Shown here in pieces: positions 13,271-25,530 of a DNA stretch of 64,000 bases. The DNA is taken from positions 3,106-67,105 of the forward strand of contig NW_018406437.1 in NCBI RefSeq assembly GCF_002113885.1, in the 5' to 3' direction. The notes under the pieces are model-generated. The model was not told where the DNA came from. It was given only the letters and a program-made list of their open reading frames with translations, and ran no database searches. The stretch comes from Mizuhopecten yessoensis (taxonomy: Eukaryota). Within the stretch, counting starts at the first letter, position 1; each line of letters begins with the position of its first letter. Made by a program: the position numbers and the translations under genes.

Positions 13271-14085
13271 CAGATGTGTGCACATTGTGTGAACGGTGTG
13301 TGCACGATGGGCGAACGACAAAAAGCTGGACGATCATTGATTGCGCACATATGTGCGCACGATGGACGAACGTTGTGCGATTACAATCGTGGTTGATGTT
13401 AATTGAGGAATGCCTTAACAATTTATACGGTTTCATGTTTAAACATATAAACCTGATTTTTACCTATGTTTCTATATTATAGCTACATCTATAAACTTAT
13501 CTTTCTGTCTATGCATTCTTATATTTAGAAATTGTGTTTTAGGTGTTTTTAAACAAACTTAATCGACACATGTAAAATTACAACACAGTCCCGTATACAG
13601 GTAAACATAACCACTGTGTACATGTACCTGGACCGTATTTTCCCCCCGCCTGGGGCACTTACGTAACTCGTCGGGTAAGGCCGGGTGTGTGAAAATCAAG
13701 GTGAAGGGGAACTATAGGCAAACAAATGCAAATAACAAATACTATTCATAACGGTCATACGGTATCGCATATCAGCTCTGTGTGTCAGGCACTGGTTAGG
13801 TAACACTCCGGACACTCATCAAATTGTTATTTACCTGTTCTGTTACAGAAATGACAGATACATTATCGCATACAAGCCTTCCGTATTTTTGTCATTCCGT
13901 AATTTTGATCTACAAATGATACCAAATTGCACAGTTGTGCGAAGAGAAGCGCACAACAACGGGGCGAACGATTGTTAAATCGCACAGTTGTGCGCACCAT
14001 GTGTGGACGATGTCCGGACGGTGTGTGAACGATTATGCACGGTGTGCGCACGCTATTTTTGGTGCGTTGTGCGGTCACACTACTG
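13271..14085. mobile_element. Non-autonomous DNA transposon (815 bp) with TA target-site duplication
   Basis: Filled site tttccTA[cagatgtgtg...cacactactg]TAtga versus empty paralogous site ttttccTAtgacc at ~43270. Termini are CAG...CTG with gtgcgcac/gtgcac subterminal repeats. Confidence 0.8.
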
Positions 14086-14734
14086 TATGAACAAAAGAAA
14101 AATTATATCACGAAAGCGCAAATAATGCGGGAATATAGACAAAAGCGTAATGATTTTTTTCCGTTATCAAAGAGCTTCGGAATGTTCAGAATTGTCTATA
14201 CATGTCCTATAACAATGAAAGTAAATTCAAATTTAATGTTAATCACATGGCTCATTTAAGGGTAACAGCTATGTTTTGAAACCATTTTTCCAACATTGCA
14301 ATGGTATTTGGAACAATCTGCGGAAGTTGTTAAACGTATTTTCCTTATATGCATACATAATGTACATGGAACATAAATTTGACATGAAGAAATATAGTAA
14401 TATACAAAAATGCATTATTTGCTTTTAATTCACGTAAATATATTGATAATAGAGAATGCCTGGTAAAAAAAAGTCACAGTACAAGAATTATGAAAACAAA
14501 TAGAAAAGAAAACCACAAAAACTTAAATGTCATGAAAGGAATATGATAAACTATATCTACGCAAATATAACCCGAAAAATGTCGAACGTTTAGAAAACGC
14601 AAAAGATCTTAATCTGATCTTGGTAATAATGAGTTATAGCGAGCATGCGCCTACTGTAGATAAAAACTATATCCGTTTTTTTTACATAAATATGACGAAC
14701 ATCTTGACCAAGCCATCACTTAAAGAGCGCGTGC

Positions 14735-14850
14735 ATACATACATTGTACATACCGGTACATACATACTTGCATGCATGCACACATACATACATGTCTACA
14801 TGCATACACCATGCATACATACTTACATACATACATACATACATACATGA
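14735..14850 (+). repeat. (CATA)n imperfect microsatellite
   Basis: Runs of catacatacatac. Confidence 0.85.
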
Positions 14851-16216
14851 GGCAAAATTCAGTATTGGTCCAGAAAATACGACTTACACATCAAATTTTC
14901 TCAGAATGTATTTTTTGTGTTATGTTAAGCATTTCGTGAAGGATATGACATCAACGTTTAAAAAAAATGGGTGGAGAACATACTTTCTATCGTTTACCAG
15001 CATTTCATACTCAAAATTGCAATTTTCACACTGTTGCGTTGGCAATCTAATTAAAATTATATCATCACATCGCTCCCGTTTACCGATATGTCGCGACATA
15101 GTGTATCAGTAAACGGGCGCGTTGTGAATATATAGTTTTAGTTAGGTTGTTGCGTTGGTAACATGGTGTCCTTTATATGCTGAGATAGCATTTCTTTGTC
15201 AGGTAATTTGTCCAGTAATTAAGTTAATATTCTAGTAAAACCAATAATAAAGTTTTATATAGATATATAATCTCCGGAAACAAGTGTGATCAGACGGACA
15301 CGGTGATTACTGTAAGGAACTTGCATTTTCTATTTGAAACAAGAATAATGAAACAATGCTTCAAGTTTTATCAAATTTATTATCCATTCTTCTTTAGGAT
15401 GATCCTGATTGACCTAAAAAGTCTGAAAGTAGAAAGAAATTCATGGATGTCAATATCTCTTTTGGCAACTTTGCAAACAATTTGGAAATAAATTCCCAGT
15501 GTTCCTGAATTTTAAACATATTATATATGCATGTTATGTTAAGCATTATCGTGTTATGTTGAGCATTATAACATATCTTCATACTCCTGTTTGAAAAACC
15601 AACAACTCATTTACTTAAGATCCTACTGTTGGATGGTATTTTCCAATAATTGACATATTTTAATTACATGAATTTGTATATTTTGACTCTGGCAAATTTT
15701 GGTTATGCAATTTGAAGGAATCGGCTGTAGCTTTAAATTCATAGAAGAGTCGGCGCCCTTTTGACTAAATGTTTGGTGGACTCAATGTTGCCGCAACATC
15801 TTCAGGAACAATGGTGTAGGGAATATCCTGTAGACACCAGGAATCTGACTTGCCGACAAAATATTTTATCCATGGCCAACTGACAACCTGAAAGATAAAA
15901 TAAAAACATGTGAATTTGTAATAAAGTTTGACATTAATATATGTGGCTACTTGACCTTCAAAAACTGACAAGGGCATTATGTATTACATATCTAATAAGA
16001 TAATAGCAAAACAAAACATAAAAAAAAATCATATTATATATATACATGTAGAATACTCGGACTGACTGACAGACAGGCGAACATAAATCAATTAGCCTGC
16101 ACTGCTTTGCAGTGGATGTTGCTTTTGACCACAAGGGTATAGTAAAGTAAATGTTAATCAAAGTCTGTTCCATGAGTGTCGAAAAAAACTGTCACCTAGT
16201 AACAGTTATCTAATTA

Positions 16217-16439
16217 GGCAATATAAAAGAAAGCTTGTGCATCCGCTAACCCTATCTACCCTATATTTTTGTGCCTATCGTAGTTTTTATTGGCATTTTT
16301 ATGATGTGCACTGTTCAAGTCCTAACTCCTGCGCTATATAAGCCTAGTGAAAGTATTTCCCTAGTCAAAACAATGCCTACCTACCTACCCACTCCATTTT
16401 TTAAGGATGATAGTGGAAACACAAGTGATTATTTTGGCC
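16217..16439. mobile_element. Zator-like MITE
   Basis: GGC...GCC termini with tta/tga flanks, imperfect TIRs (ggcaatataaaagaaagcttgtgcatcc vs the reverse complement of ggaaacacaagtgattattttggcc) and internal cctac repeats. Confidence 0.5.
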
Positions 16440-16679
16440 TGAGGAACTGAATGATTCAACAAACAAAAACAAAGGGAGAAAAGTGTTAAGATAACAATTT
16501 GAACTGTATAACTTACCACAGCAGGATACATTTTGGTTCCATGATGGACCTTAATATAGCTTTCATCTGGAAAACTGAATGTTCATTTTCATTTTAAAGA
16601 AAATAGAACAATAGCGACATTAATACAAGGACTATGAAAGAATAGATGGGAGAGGGAATGATGAGGGGAATGGAGAATC

Positions 16680-16873
16680 GCAGGACGGAGAGACACGGGA
16701 CGGAGAGACACAGGATGGAGAGGGACATTATGGAGGGACACAGAATGGAGAGGGACTGGATGGAGAGACAAGGGACGTAGAGACACGGGATGGAGAGACA
16801 CAGGACGGAGAGGGACAGGATGGAGTGACACAGGATGGAGAGGGACAGGATGGAGTGACACAGGACGGAGAGG
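16680..16873. repeat. 15-bp purine-rich minisatellite
   Basis: caggatggagag(a/g)(c/g)a units, ~13 copies. Source of the spurious PVSLH and LSIL ORFs. Confidence 0.9.
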
Positions 16874-17081
16874 GATTTTTCCCATAAACAAATTTCTATT
16901 ATGTTTGTCCTTTGCAAAGGAGTCAAGAAATAAACCTTACCTTTGTCTTCTAGCAACAGATACATGTATGGTCTCCTGAATAGGTGTAGGGTCCTGATAG
17001 AGGTATGTTGAATTACCTATTCTTCATTGATCTCTCTAAATTGATAACCTAGCCCTAGATTATATCCATCATGTATTTTAC

Positions 17082-18026
17082 CAGTAATGGTGTCCTTGGT
17101 CCCAGGGACCTGCATAACATTCTCCTGCGTGCCAGGGTCCTGGAGGATAGTCTCATTGGAGGTTGAGTCCTGGATAATGTTCTTCTGACGGCAAAGGGTG
17201 AGGAGAAAAGACGGACCGATGCCAACCTCGTTGGTTGTGTTACCTGTAAAACAACAGAAAATCACCATTAATAGCAGCTTATAAAATACCTACTGGGAGG
17301 TACATTTGATAACACAAATCTTCAATTACCCATATCTGTCCTTACAGTATTATCTTACCATTAATGGTCTCCTGTAGGCCATGGTCCTGGGAAGCGTGTC
17401 CTGGAGGTTGGCCTCTTGTAGGCCATGGTCCTGGGTGGCGGTGTCCTGGAGGACGGTCTCCTTCTAGACAGGTTTCCTGGAGGATGGTATCCTGAAGGCC
17501 AGGGTTTTGGAAGGCAGTGTCATTGAGGATAGTCTCATTGAAAAGTCAAGGGAAAGTCCTGGATAATTTTCCCCTGGGGGAAAAGGGTGTGGATAATAGT
17601 CTTCTGTGAGACAGGGTCTTGTGGACCAGGGTCCTGGAGGATAGTCTCATTGGAGATGGAGTGCTGGATAAGTTTCTCCTGGGGGCAAAGGGTGTGGAGA
17701 AAAGACTGGCCGATGTCATCCTCGTTGGTTGTGTTACCTGTAAAACAACAGAAAGTTACCATTAATAGCAGCTAATAAAATACCTACTGACACAAATTTT
17801 CAGTTACCTATATCTATCCTTACAGTACTATCTTACCATTCATGGTATCCTGTAGGTCATGGTCCTGGGGCGGGATCCTGGAGGTTGGCCTCCTGTAGGC
17901 CATGGCCCTGGGAAGCGGGGTCTTGGAGGAAGGTCTCCTGTAAGGCCATGGTCCTGAATGAATGGTGTCCATGGAAATGTTGTAAAGGTCAGATGTCATA
18001 CAGACCGATGTACATGTGTCATAATC
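17082..18026 (-). pseudogene. Tandemly duplicated exon-like units with QDPG/ETILQD repeats, probably downstream exons of the Sola2 element gene
   Basis: Minus-strand acceptors ctgttttacag|gtaacacaacc (starts 17737, 17243) and tttgcaag| (18026), with donors at 17837, 17359 and 17082. The intron plus acceptor is duplicated. Confidence 0.4.
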
Positions 18027-18292
18027 CTTGCAAACAGAAACAAAAACGTTTAGTTATTCCATTATCACATTAGTACCAAAACAGGTTTTCTGATCAATTA
18101 AAAGGTGTCTTTTTCATGTGACCTTCAGGTTCATGTATTAGCCGAACATTTATGCATCCGACGATCTGCTGTTAGAAATGCCTTTTTGTCAGTCTCTATC
18201 CTTATAATTTTACTTTTCAAAAAGAACTTTTTTTCAGAAGTACTATAGTGGTCTTCCTCAATTTCATAGGAATGTTCCTCTTATTAACTTAC

Positions 18293-19958
18293 CTGTTAAG
18301 GCAGGCTTTGAATGATACTGGCGATTTCAGAAATGTTTAGGGAACTGTCTCCTTCCCCTTTCTCATAGGTGACTGTCCCAACTTCTACGGTAACACCATG
18401 TGCATCATTTGTTTCTGTTTGTTCATGCTCTGATTGGTCACTCTCGGACAAATATGAGGTCTGTATCCTACTTCTATCCCGGACTCTTCCTCTTCCTCTT
18501 TCAGCGTTCTTCCATGTCTTGTATTTCAACAATGTCTGATAACTCTAGTGAATCTCCTTTTGACTCATTACCTCCATCACGATCTATTTCAAGCCAGTCA
18601 CCAGGCGCTGAATGTCCACTTTCTGACGAATAGAAAGTTGACCTTCGACCTCTACCACGTCCTCTTCCCCTGGTTCTAACGTTTCTGCCTCTAGCACCTC
18701 TCTAACCCCTACCTACTCTGCCCCTATCCATTCTTGCTTCTCTGCCATCAAGACGATGTGTGATCAAAGTACCAACCATTTCCTTGTTATCGCATTCACC
18801 TTCCTCAGATCCCAGACATATTTTGCAAAAACAGGACCTCTCTCGACTTTCTATGCTCTTGTGTGCGGCTTTGAAGGCATGGAATATTCTTGTATTTGTT
18901 ACTGTTTTTAAATTAGTTCTTTCTGGCCTACTCGTGTCAATTTCACCAACCTTTACATATTTTGACGTTCTTTTGAAATGACAATGGTTTTCATCTTTCA
19001 TCTTTCTGCCCCCTTGGATTTCACTGCCAAAACTGCACTCCGTTTTATAGTTCCGATTTATCGGTCTCACGGACCTTTGCCATGACGGCTGCCAAAGAAG
19101 TATTTTTCCATATCCAAGCTGAAATCTTCACTGGAATAGGATAAGTCTGCAAAATTTGTTCTTCCCTTATATTGTGTTGGAGCACCATCTGAGAACTGTA
19201 CTAGTTTGGTGATGTCTATCCCTTTGTCCACAAGGTGTTGAACAGCTGATGATGCATAGTATTGCACTACATTTGCATCATGGGTGTGATCATCACTGAT
19301 CATCAATATGGACTTCTCAACAATTTTGGAACATTCTGCTTCCTGGCATTTGTAATAGCACATTGCAGAGTGTATCGTTACTTGAATATAAAACCAGTGA
19401 GCCCCTTGAGCTTCATCTTGGTATTGGCAAGCAAAGTTTTTAGCGAAGACAGAAAACATAACATCTATTTTATCGGGCACTTCCTTTGTACATTGTTATA
19501 CTGCTGAACTGTGCACTTTGCCATCAGGCATCATAAAAATGCTTAGAAAAGGGTTTCAACTCTTTCTTCAGTTGAATCATGAAGTTTTGGTAAGTATCTT
19601 CTTTGGCAATCTTCCTCATTCTTACAGACTCTTTGCCTGAAGCATTGCTGTACTTTGTTCTCTCCCAATGTGCCCACTTTAGAATAGCTTCCCCTTCTCC
19701 TAAACTTTTTTCATGCTTTCTGCTCCTGATTCTGAATTAGATTTTGCTCTGTCCCTGTATCTCCTCATTCTATCCTTAGCTTTAAGGTTGTACCTCATCC
19801 TCTGTTCATCCGTGAAATGTTGTCTCAAATCTCGGATACGTTTGTTTTCTATTTTACAAAGTTCGGCATTTTCCTTTTGTTTCTCTCACCATTTTTTACT
19901 TCTTTCAGCAGATGTCAGAGGCAATTTATTTTGTTTTGATGGTCTGGGTGGTCTTGGT
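18293..19958 (-). mobile_element. Decayed Sola2-type DDD transposase
   Basis: Motifs W..W...F.KHF..A*WQ..QF, FAKNF..QDEAQGAHW..QVTIH, ISDDHTHD, FSDGAPTQYK, FFGSRHGKGP and TRIFH..RSCFCKIC..C. Stops and frameshifts are present, and the first catalytic Asp (DFxENY) is lost. Confidence 0.8.
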
Positions 19959-21485
19959 CTTAAAAAAGACATTATAGGCCATATCATCATGATCAGATTG
20001 TTCCATCCTGAAAACTATAGCAAAATTCAATACAAATACATGTATGTAGATACGTAGATAAAGGACATGAACACTTGCTCGCATTCAAATTAGTGGGTTT
20101 ATTTTTGTAAACAGATTTTCTATAAGCAGTAACAGTGACTTGGCCTTGAACTCTGGTTCCAGAAATATGAGCCTGATTCAAAGTATTCCCATTATACTCG
20201 TGTATAAAGTTTGATAAAATTTTGTTATGAAATGAAGTTGCTGGAGCCAACTTATATGTCACTGATTGGTTGAAAATTTCTGTAAATAGTGATAATGATA
20301 TTGGTCCACGGAGCCCATTTTCCAACCCAACTGCCATATTAGTATACCTGACAGTATTCCAAGGCTGTTGAAGGATTGTGAAAACATTATGTATCAAAGT
20401 AATGGAGGACACCATCTATGTTGTCCAATGTTACAAATAAGATATAAATCCTCTAATGAAATAGAAGTTGATATTAAATGAGATTACTTTTTCCAATTTC
20501 ATGTTTTGAAATTACTATATCACCAAGAAAGATAGCAAGCGTTTTATCTTTTCGTTGATATTCATGTTTTTGCTTTACAACTGTACACGTGTAACATAGG
20601 ACACTTTGCAATTTATTTTTGGTGTCCATAATTATGAATAATACAATTCTTTATTTACATTTGTAATACGTAGCTCTGTAGGGAAAATATCACAAAAGTC
20701 TAGAATTATAACAGTAAATGAACTTCGATAAGAAATTTTCAACTGCATTGCAATCACGTCTTGTTATATCTATGTGGGTAAAATATGACACAGCATTATA
20801 GTGTAATAGCAAAACAAAATCAGACAATATATTGTTTTGCAAATGTTGAAAAATATTTTTTATCTAAACATCATGAATTGGTGTATGCATATTTCATATA
20901 TCTCACTATGTTGATCAACTAGTACAGCCGGTTTGAATTCTGTTAACCCATGTGTACACTATGTCACACATGTAACAGACACCATTTTTAACTATTTTTT
21001 AGTGTCCTCGGATGGTATGAAACAACTTTTTTATTGGGGTAAAAATAGTTCTGTCTGAAGCCATTTATCAACTTAAACACCCAAATCAGTTATATATATT
21101 TTTTAAATTAGCAGTCTCATTTTGCTATTGTTTGTCCTACAATCATTCAAAGCCTTAACAACTCGAGGACTATTAATTCTAATGAAAGTGTCTTTCGTTA
21201 CCAACAAAACACGTTTAACAAAAATAAATAAATAACAATGAAAATAATTGTATTCAAGTAATTAATGTGTAGACTTCAGTGTTCTATAAATAAAGAATGT
21301 ACTCTTAATAACCACCTAATGATTTCCAGGAAGATTATAACTTAACTGTTACATTGGTAACAGAGGACATTTCCCCACAGGTGCTCGGGTTCTGGAATAT
21401 AAGTGAAATACTATCGCACCCACTAGATATCTCACCCCTTATACTAATAAATCATAGTATAAGGGGGTGCGATATCTAGTGATTT

Positions 21486-21893
21486 AATAATTTATTACAT
21501 ACTTACTAATAAATACGGGTTTTTTTTGTATATGCGATACAATTCCTCTAACCAATATCAGCCCTCGCCATATCACACCCAAAACCCGTATCAGCCCCCG
21601 CCGTATCACACCCCAAAACCCGTATCAGCCCTCTTCGTATCAGCCCACAAAACCCGTATCACACCACTTTTGGAAATTTTTCGTTTTTCGATATTTCAAA
21701 CGGAAAATAGATCATAAGATAGTAGTTTTTATTAGTCAGTATGTAATAAACAGAATAAAACACGTTTTTTCCATATCACACCCAGTATCAACCCTCGACC
21801 AATATCAGCCCTTGGGCCTTCTGCCATTGGGCTGTTTTGCAGTCTCGGGTTGATATTGTGTGTGATATGGAAAAAGGCATGTAATATTCTCTA
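21486..21893. mobile_element. Nested MITE with ccgtatcacaccc/cgtatcagccc subterminal repeats
   Basis: Imperfect ends taataatttattacat and atgtaatattctcta, many direct repeats, and an internal hairpin near 21775-21870. Confidence 0.5.
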
Positions 21894-22032
21894 TATCGCA
21901 CCCACTAGATATCGCACCACCTTTATACTAATTATTATCATATGATTTATTTGTATCAGGGGGTGTGATATCTAGTGGATGCGATAATATATTCCAGAAC
22001 CCGAGCACCTGTGATTTATTAATACATGTATA

Positions 22033-22473
22033 GAGTGAGGGGACCTGATTTCGTACACTTTTGAAACAGATTTACATTTTTTTTTCCAAAAACATCTCCA
22101 AGAAGATCGGATCTACTTTGACCTAAAAGATGTGTGCAATCTGCGCTATATTTGGTAATGTGACGTCATATGCCCAGAAATTTACAGTGCAGGGGATCTT
22201 TCTTTTACCATCATTTACTTCTACGTTACGCGGCAGTTGGGGACGTGATTTCGTACACTCTATATGTTCTATTCTTAGTAAATAAAGCGAATATAAGTAT
22301 ATGTCGAATGAATTCAATATATTTGATTCAGATTTGCCGATTTTCAAAGACCAGAGATGTTTTTTGAACAAATTATGATTTTTTTATAAAAAATGTGTCC
22401 TTTGTTGGTGGTGACATCGATAAATATTTCGTGTACGAAATCACGTCCTGTACGAAATCACGTACCCTTACTC
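22033..22473. mobile_element. GAG-ended MITE with TA TSD, nested in the CACAG element
   Basis: TIR gagtgaggggacctgatttcgtacac vs ...gtacgaaatcacgtacccttactc. Removing it restores gtaTAagggggtgcgatatc, as seen intact at ~21457. Confidence 0.75.
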
Positions 22474-22557
22474 TAAGGGGGTGCGATATCTAATGGGTGT
22501 GATAATAAATATATCACATATATTCCATAACCCGAGCACCTGTGTGTCAAATAATTA

Positions 22558-22926
22558 TATTAATAAATAATATGATATTTAAATATATATACGGGTACAC
22601 TTCTACTAATAAAGCATTGCTATAAGATGTATAATATATGTAGTAGGACAAGGAATAATGATAAAGATGGTGCCGTCGCTGGGGCTCGAACCGTATACTA
22701 AAAACAGACTCCCTCACCCATCCATTTTTTCCTCTACAAATATATATATAGCAAACTACTTCCCTGTGTGCAGGTTGATTTCACTGATAGAGCTTCCTAC
22801 ATCGCCGTCATTGTGCTTATCTCTATGTACAGTTTTATTAATATACGTTATTACATTTTCAACAGACTTGATTTATGTTACAATTCAATTCTCAATTTAT
22901 TTGCTTCCAACAAAACTATTATTTAC
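22558..22926 (+). other. Orphan duplicate of part of CSKMT intron 1 (3' end of the duplicated segment)
   Basis: Near-identical to 49993-50137 plus 50567-50802, with an internal deletion. Confidence 0.85.
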
Positions 22927-23469
22927 ATGATTTAATCCTAATAAATGTGTCTGTAAAAATTATCATCTACGCTTGTAAATATAATCACTCTAGGAATCCC
23001 CTTCGTTAGAAAATACAAAAATATTTTCATTCCTAGCGTATAGGCAAAGCTTCGTGGTTTTATCCAGACTTCTCCAATGATGATCACTACGGAACTCAAA
23101 TACCCAATTGTAGAATATTTCATTTCAAACCGGCAGTAAGATAATGACATGAATTATCAAATGAAGCATTATATACATGTAAAAGCGCCATTACTATCCC
23201 CCACCCCCAACACAAAAAAAGTTCTTCAAATGAGTCATCTCCTTTCACCTGATCATGTGATAGTCACGTGTTCCTGTTTTTTAATCATGCTCCACCATGT
23301 GAGCGACAAGCTGGCCGATTTCCGGGAATTCGCTGCTGCATAGGTTACACTGGAAAGGCGCGACTGTGCCACTCGGTCGTTCTGACCCAAGGAAACGTCG
23401 GACTGACCCGTTTCAGCAGATGCCTGCTGGCCTTGCTCCCGACGCTGAACAGACGATATTACTGCCGCT

Positions 23470-25530
23470 ATAGCATCAGCTGTTCGCGAGTACTGTGTGT
23501 GATCATTGTAGATTCCATGTAGATAGGTTGTAGCTTCTGCTCTGCATATTCGCTGATGTTGCCATGACTAGCTAAGTGTCGATTAAACGGCCTTCTTCTG
23601 ACGAAACGACTTTTTACATTCCGGACATCGGTAGATCGGTTTCGAAACTTGATCGTGTCGTTTCAAATGTTTCTTCAAATTATGTTGCTGATTAAAACTT
23701 TTGTTACATATTTTGCATATATGTGGCCTAACTGTTGAGTGCGTTTTCACGTGCATAGCAAGGTCGTCCGTGCGACGGAAAGCTTTGTTACAAACGTTAC
23801 ATTTGTGGGGCCTCTCCCCGGAGTGGATCCGTTGGTGGCGCTTGAAGTTCGAGTAGGAGGTGGAACTCGTGCACATGTCTCACACTGAAATCTGCCGGCT
23901 TTGCTGTTGTCAGTCTCGCGTATGCGTTTGATATGTGTGAAAATGTAGTACCTACAGGCGAACGACTTCCCACACACGTGGCACACATTGTTTGATCGAC
24001 CTTCGTGAATTTCCTTATGTCGATTCAAGTTGCTTAAAGAGAAGTAAAAGGAGCGACATACATAACAAACATAGTTCTTAATACCAGCGTGGACGCGTTT
24101 GTGGAGCAATAGGTCACAACGCCGACTAAATCGTTTTGAGCATTCTGGACACTGCTGGTCTTTTGCAGAGGGCTTCCTGTCTGCTTTCCTCCTATCTTCA
24201 GATTTACCAATAGTAAGAGTTACTTTACTGAAGCACGTTTTCCCGGAATTCTCGTTCATATGACGCTTGAGGTTCCCGCCTTTAGCGAACACTTTGTCAC
24301 AGAATCCACATTTAAAGCGAACAATAGGCTCAGGTTTAGGTATTATATCAGTACCTGTCGTCTTTACCTCTTCGTCGGCTATGTTACAGGCCACTTCACT
24401 CGATTCGTAGTAGTGTTATCAGTGTTTGTTGTATGTCGTTACATGTCGATCGGCTTTCAATGACATGTTTTACATCACCAGAAGTACCGTTCTCGTCTTC
24501 GTCGTTATCTGTTAGACTGCTGGCGGTCATTTCGGACACGTGGAACTCAAACTAGTGTTTCTCAAGCCAGTATTTGGAGTCCTTGAATTTGCCACACAGC
24601 TTGCATGGGAACTGTTGGCCGTGCTCATGACCACAGTGGTCGTGGTACTGTAGTTTGCTGACAAAAGATTTTTCGCATGTATCGCATGGGGTGTCTGTAT
24701 TCACGTCGTGACTCCGTGTGTGTTTGGCGAGTTTATCTGGTGTGGAGAAACCAATCCCACACTCTGTACAGACACACTTGCTCTGTTTGTAGTGTGTTCT
24801 CATATGCACCTGGAGATCGTCAGCTCTGTAGAAACACATTGCACACACATTGCAACAGAACTCCCGGCTATCAGAATGTTTTTTTCATATGCCGACGGAA
24901 GTTTGATGGATTACTTTCTTTTCAATCCACATATGTGACAACTGTGGGTCTCCTGTTCCTCGTGTACTTTAATGTGATCTTTTAGGTAGCGACGGCGCTT
25001 AACTATTTTATTGCAGATCTTGCACTGATTGGTACCTTCACCTGCATGTTCTAACATATGGCTGTTAAAAGATTTTTTGTCTGCACAGACGTTCCCGTTA
25101 CCTCGAAATACCAGTTCATTCTCTTCTTTTACCGATTTTTCATACGTCATTTCTTTCGCAGTTGGTCGCGAAGGGCGCGAGCTGCGTCTGGTAGGCATCA
25201 ACGTCTACGACTTCCTTCTTAATTACCACACTCCTTCCCTGTTTAGAGCCAGAAGACATGCTGAAGTCAAGGTGCACATGACGCAATACGTCATGATCAG
25301 TACACACGCTTCCATTGCCTTTTGCTTAAGTCGCACTGTCGTCCATATCTATGTTATCACCCTATTGTCAGGAATGCATTCCTTCTCGTGCTCTTCTAAA
25401 TCACTTTCTGTGACGAATTCTTTCAAACAATGATCGCAGTTTAGTTCTTCACCTTCGGCATGGGACGACAGGCGACGTTTAAGACCTGCCTCTTCTTCCT
25501 CGAGAACCTCTCCGCACACATAATACACCT
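23470..25530 (-). pseudogene. Multi-C2H2 zinc-finger pseudogene
   Basis: More than 12 C2H2 fingers (e.g. HSGERPHKCNVCNKAFRRTDDLAMHVKTH, CPECSKRFSRRCDLLLHKRVH) split across ORFs 25349-25723, 24911-25201, 24552-24848, 23747-24394 and 23583-23876. Stops and frameshifts fall inside fingers, with no intervening introns. Confidence 0.8.

Larger units (their letters stand above)
21376..22544. mobile_element. CACAG-ended (EnSpm/CACTA-like) MITE with duplicated right end and nested insertions
   Basis: Left TIR cacaggtgctcgggttctggaatata at 21376. Its reverse complements end at 22013 and again at 22544. Subterminal palindromes tatcgcacccactagatatc and gatatctagtggatgcgata. Confidence 0.7.

Noticed and set aside
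16589-16965. PVSLH and LSIL repeat ORFs
   Set aside because: Translations of a 15-bp minisatellite.
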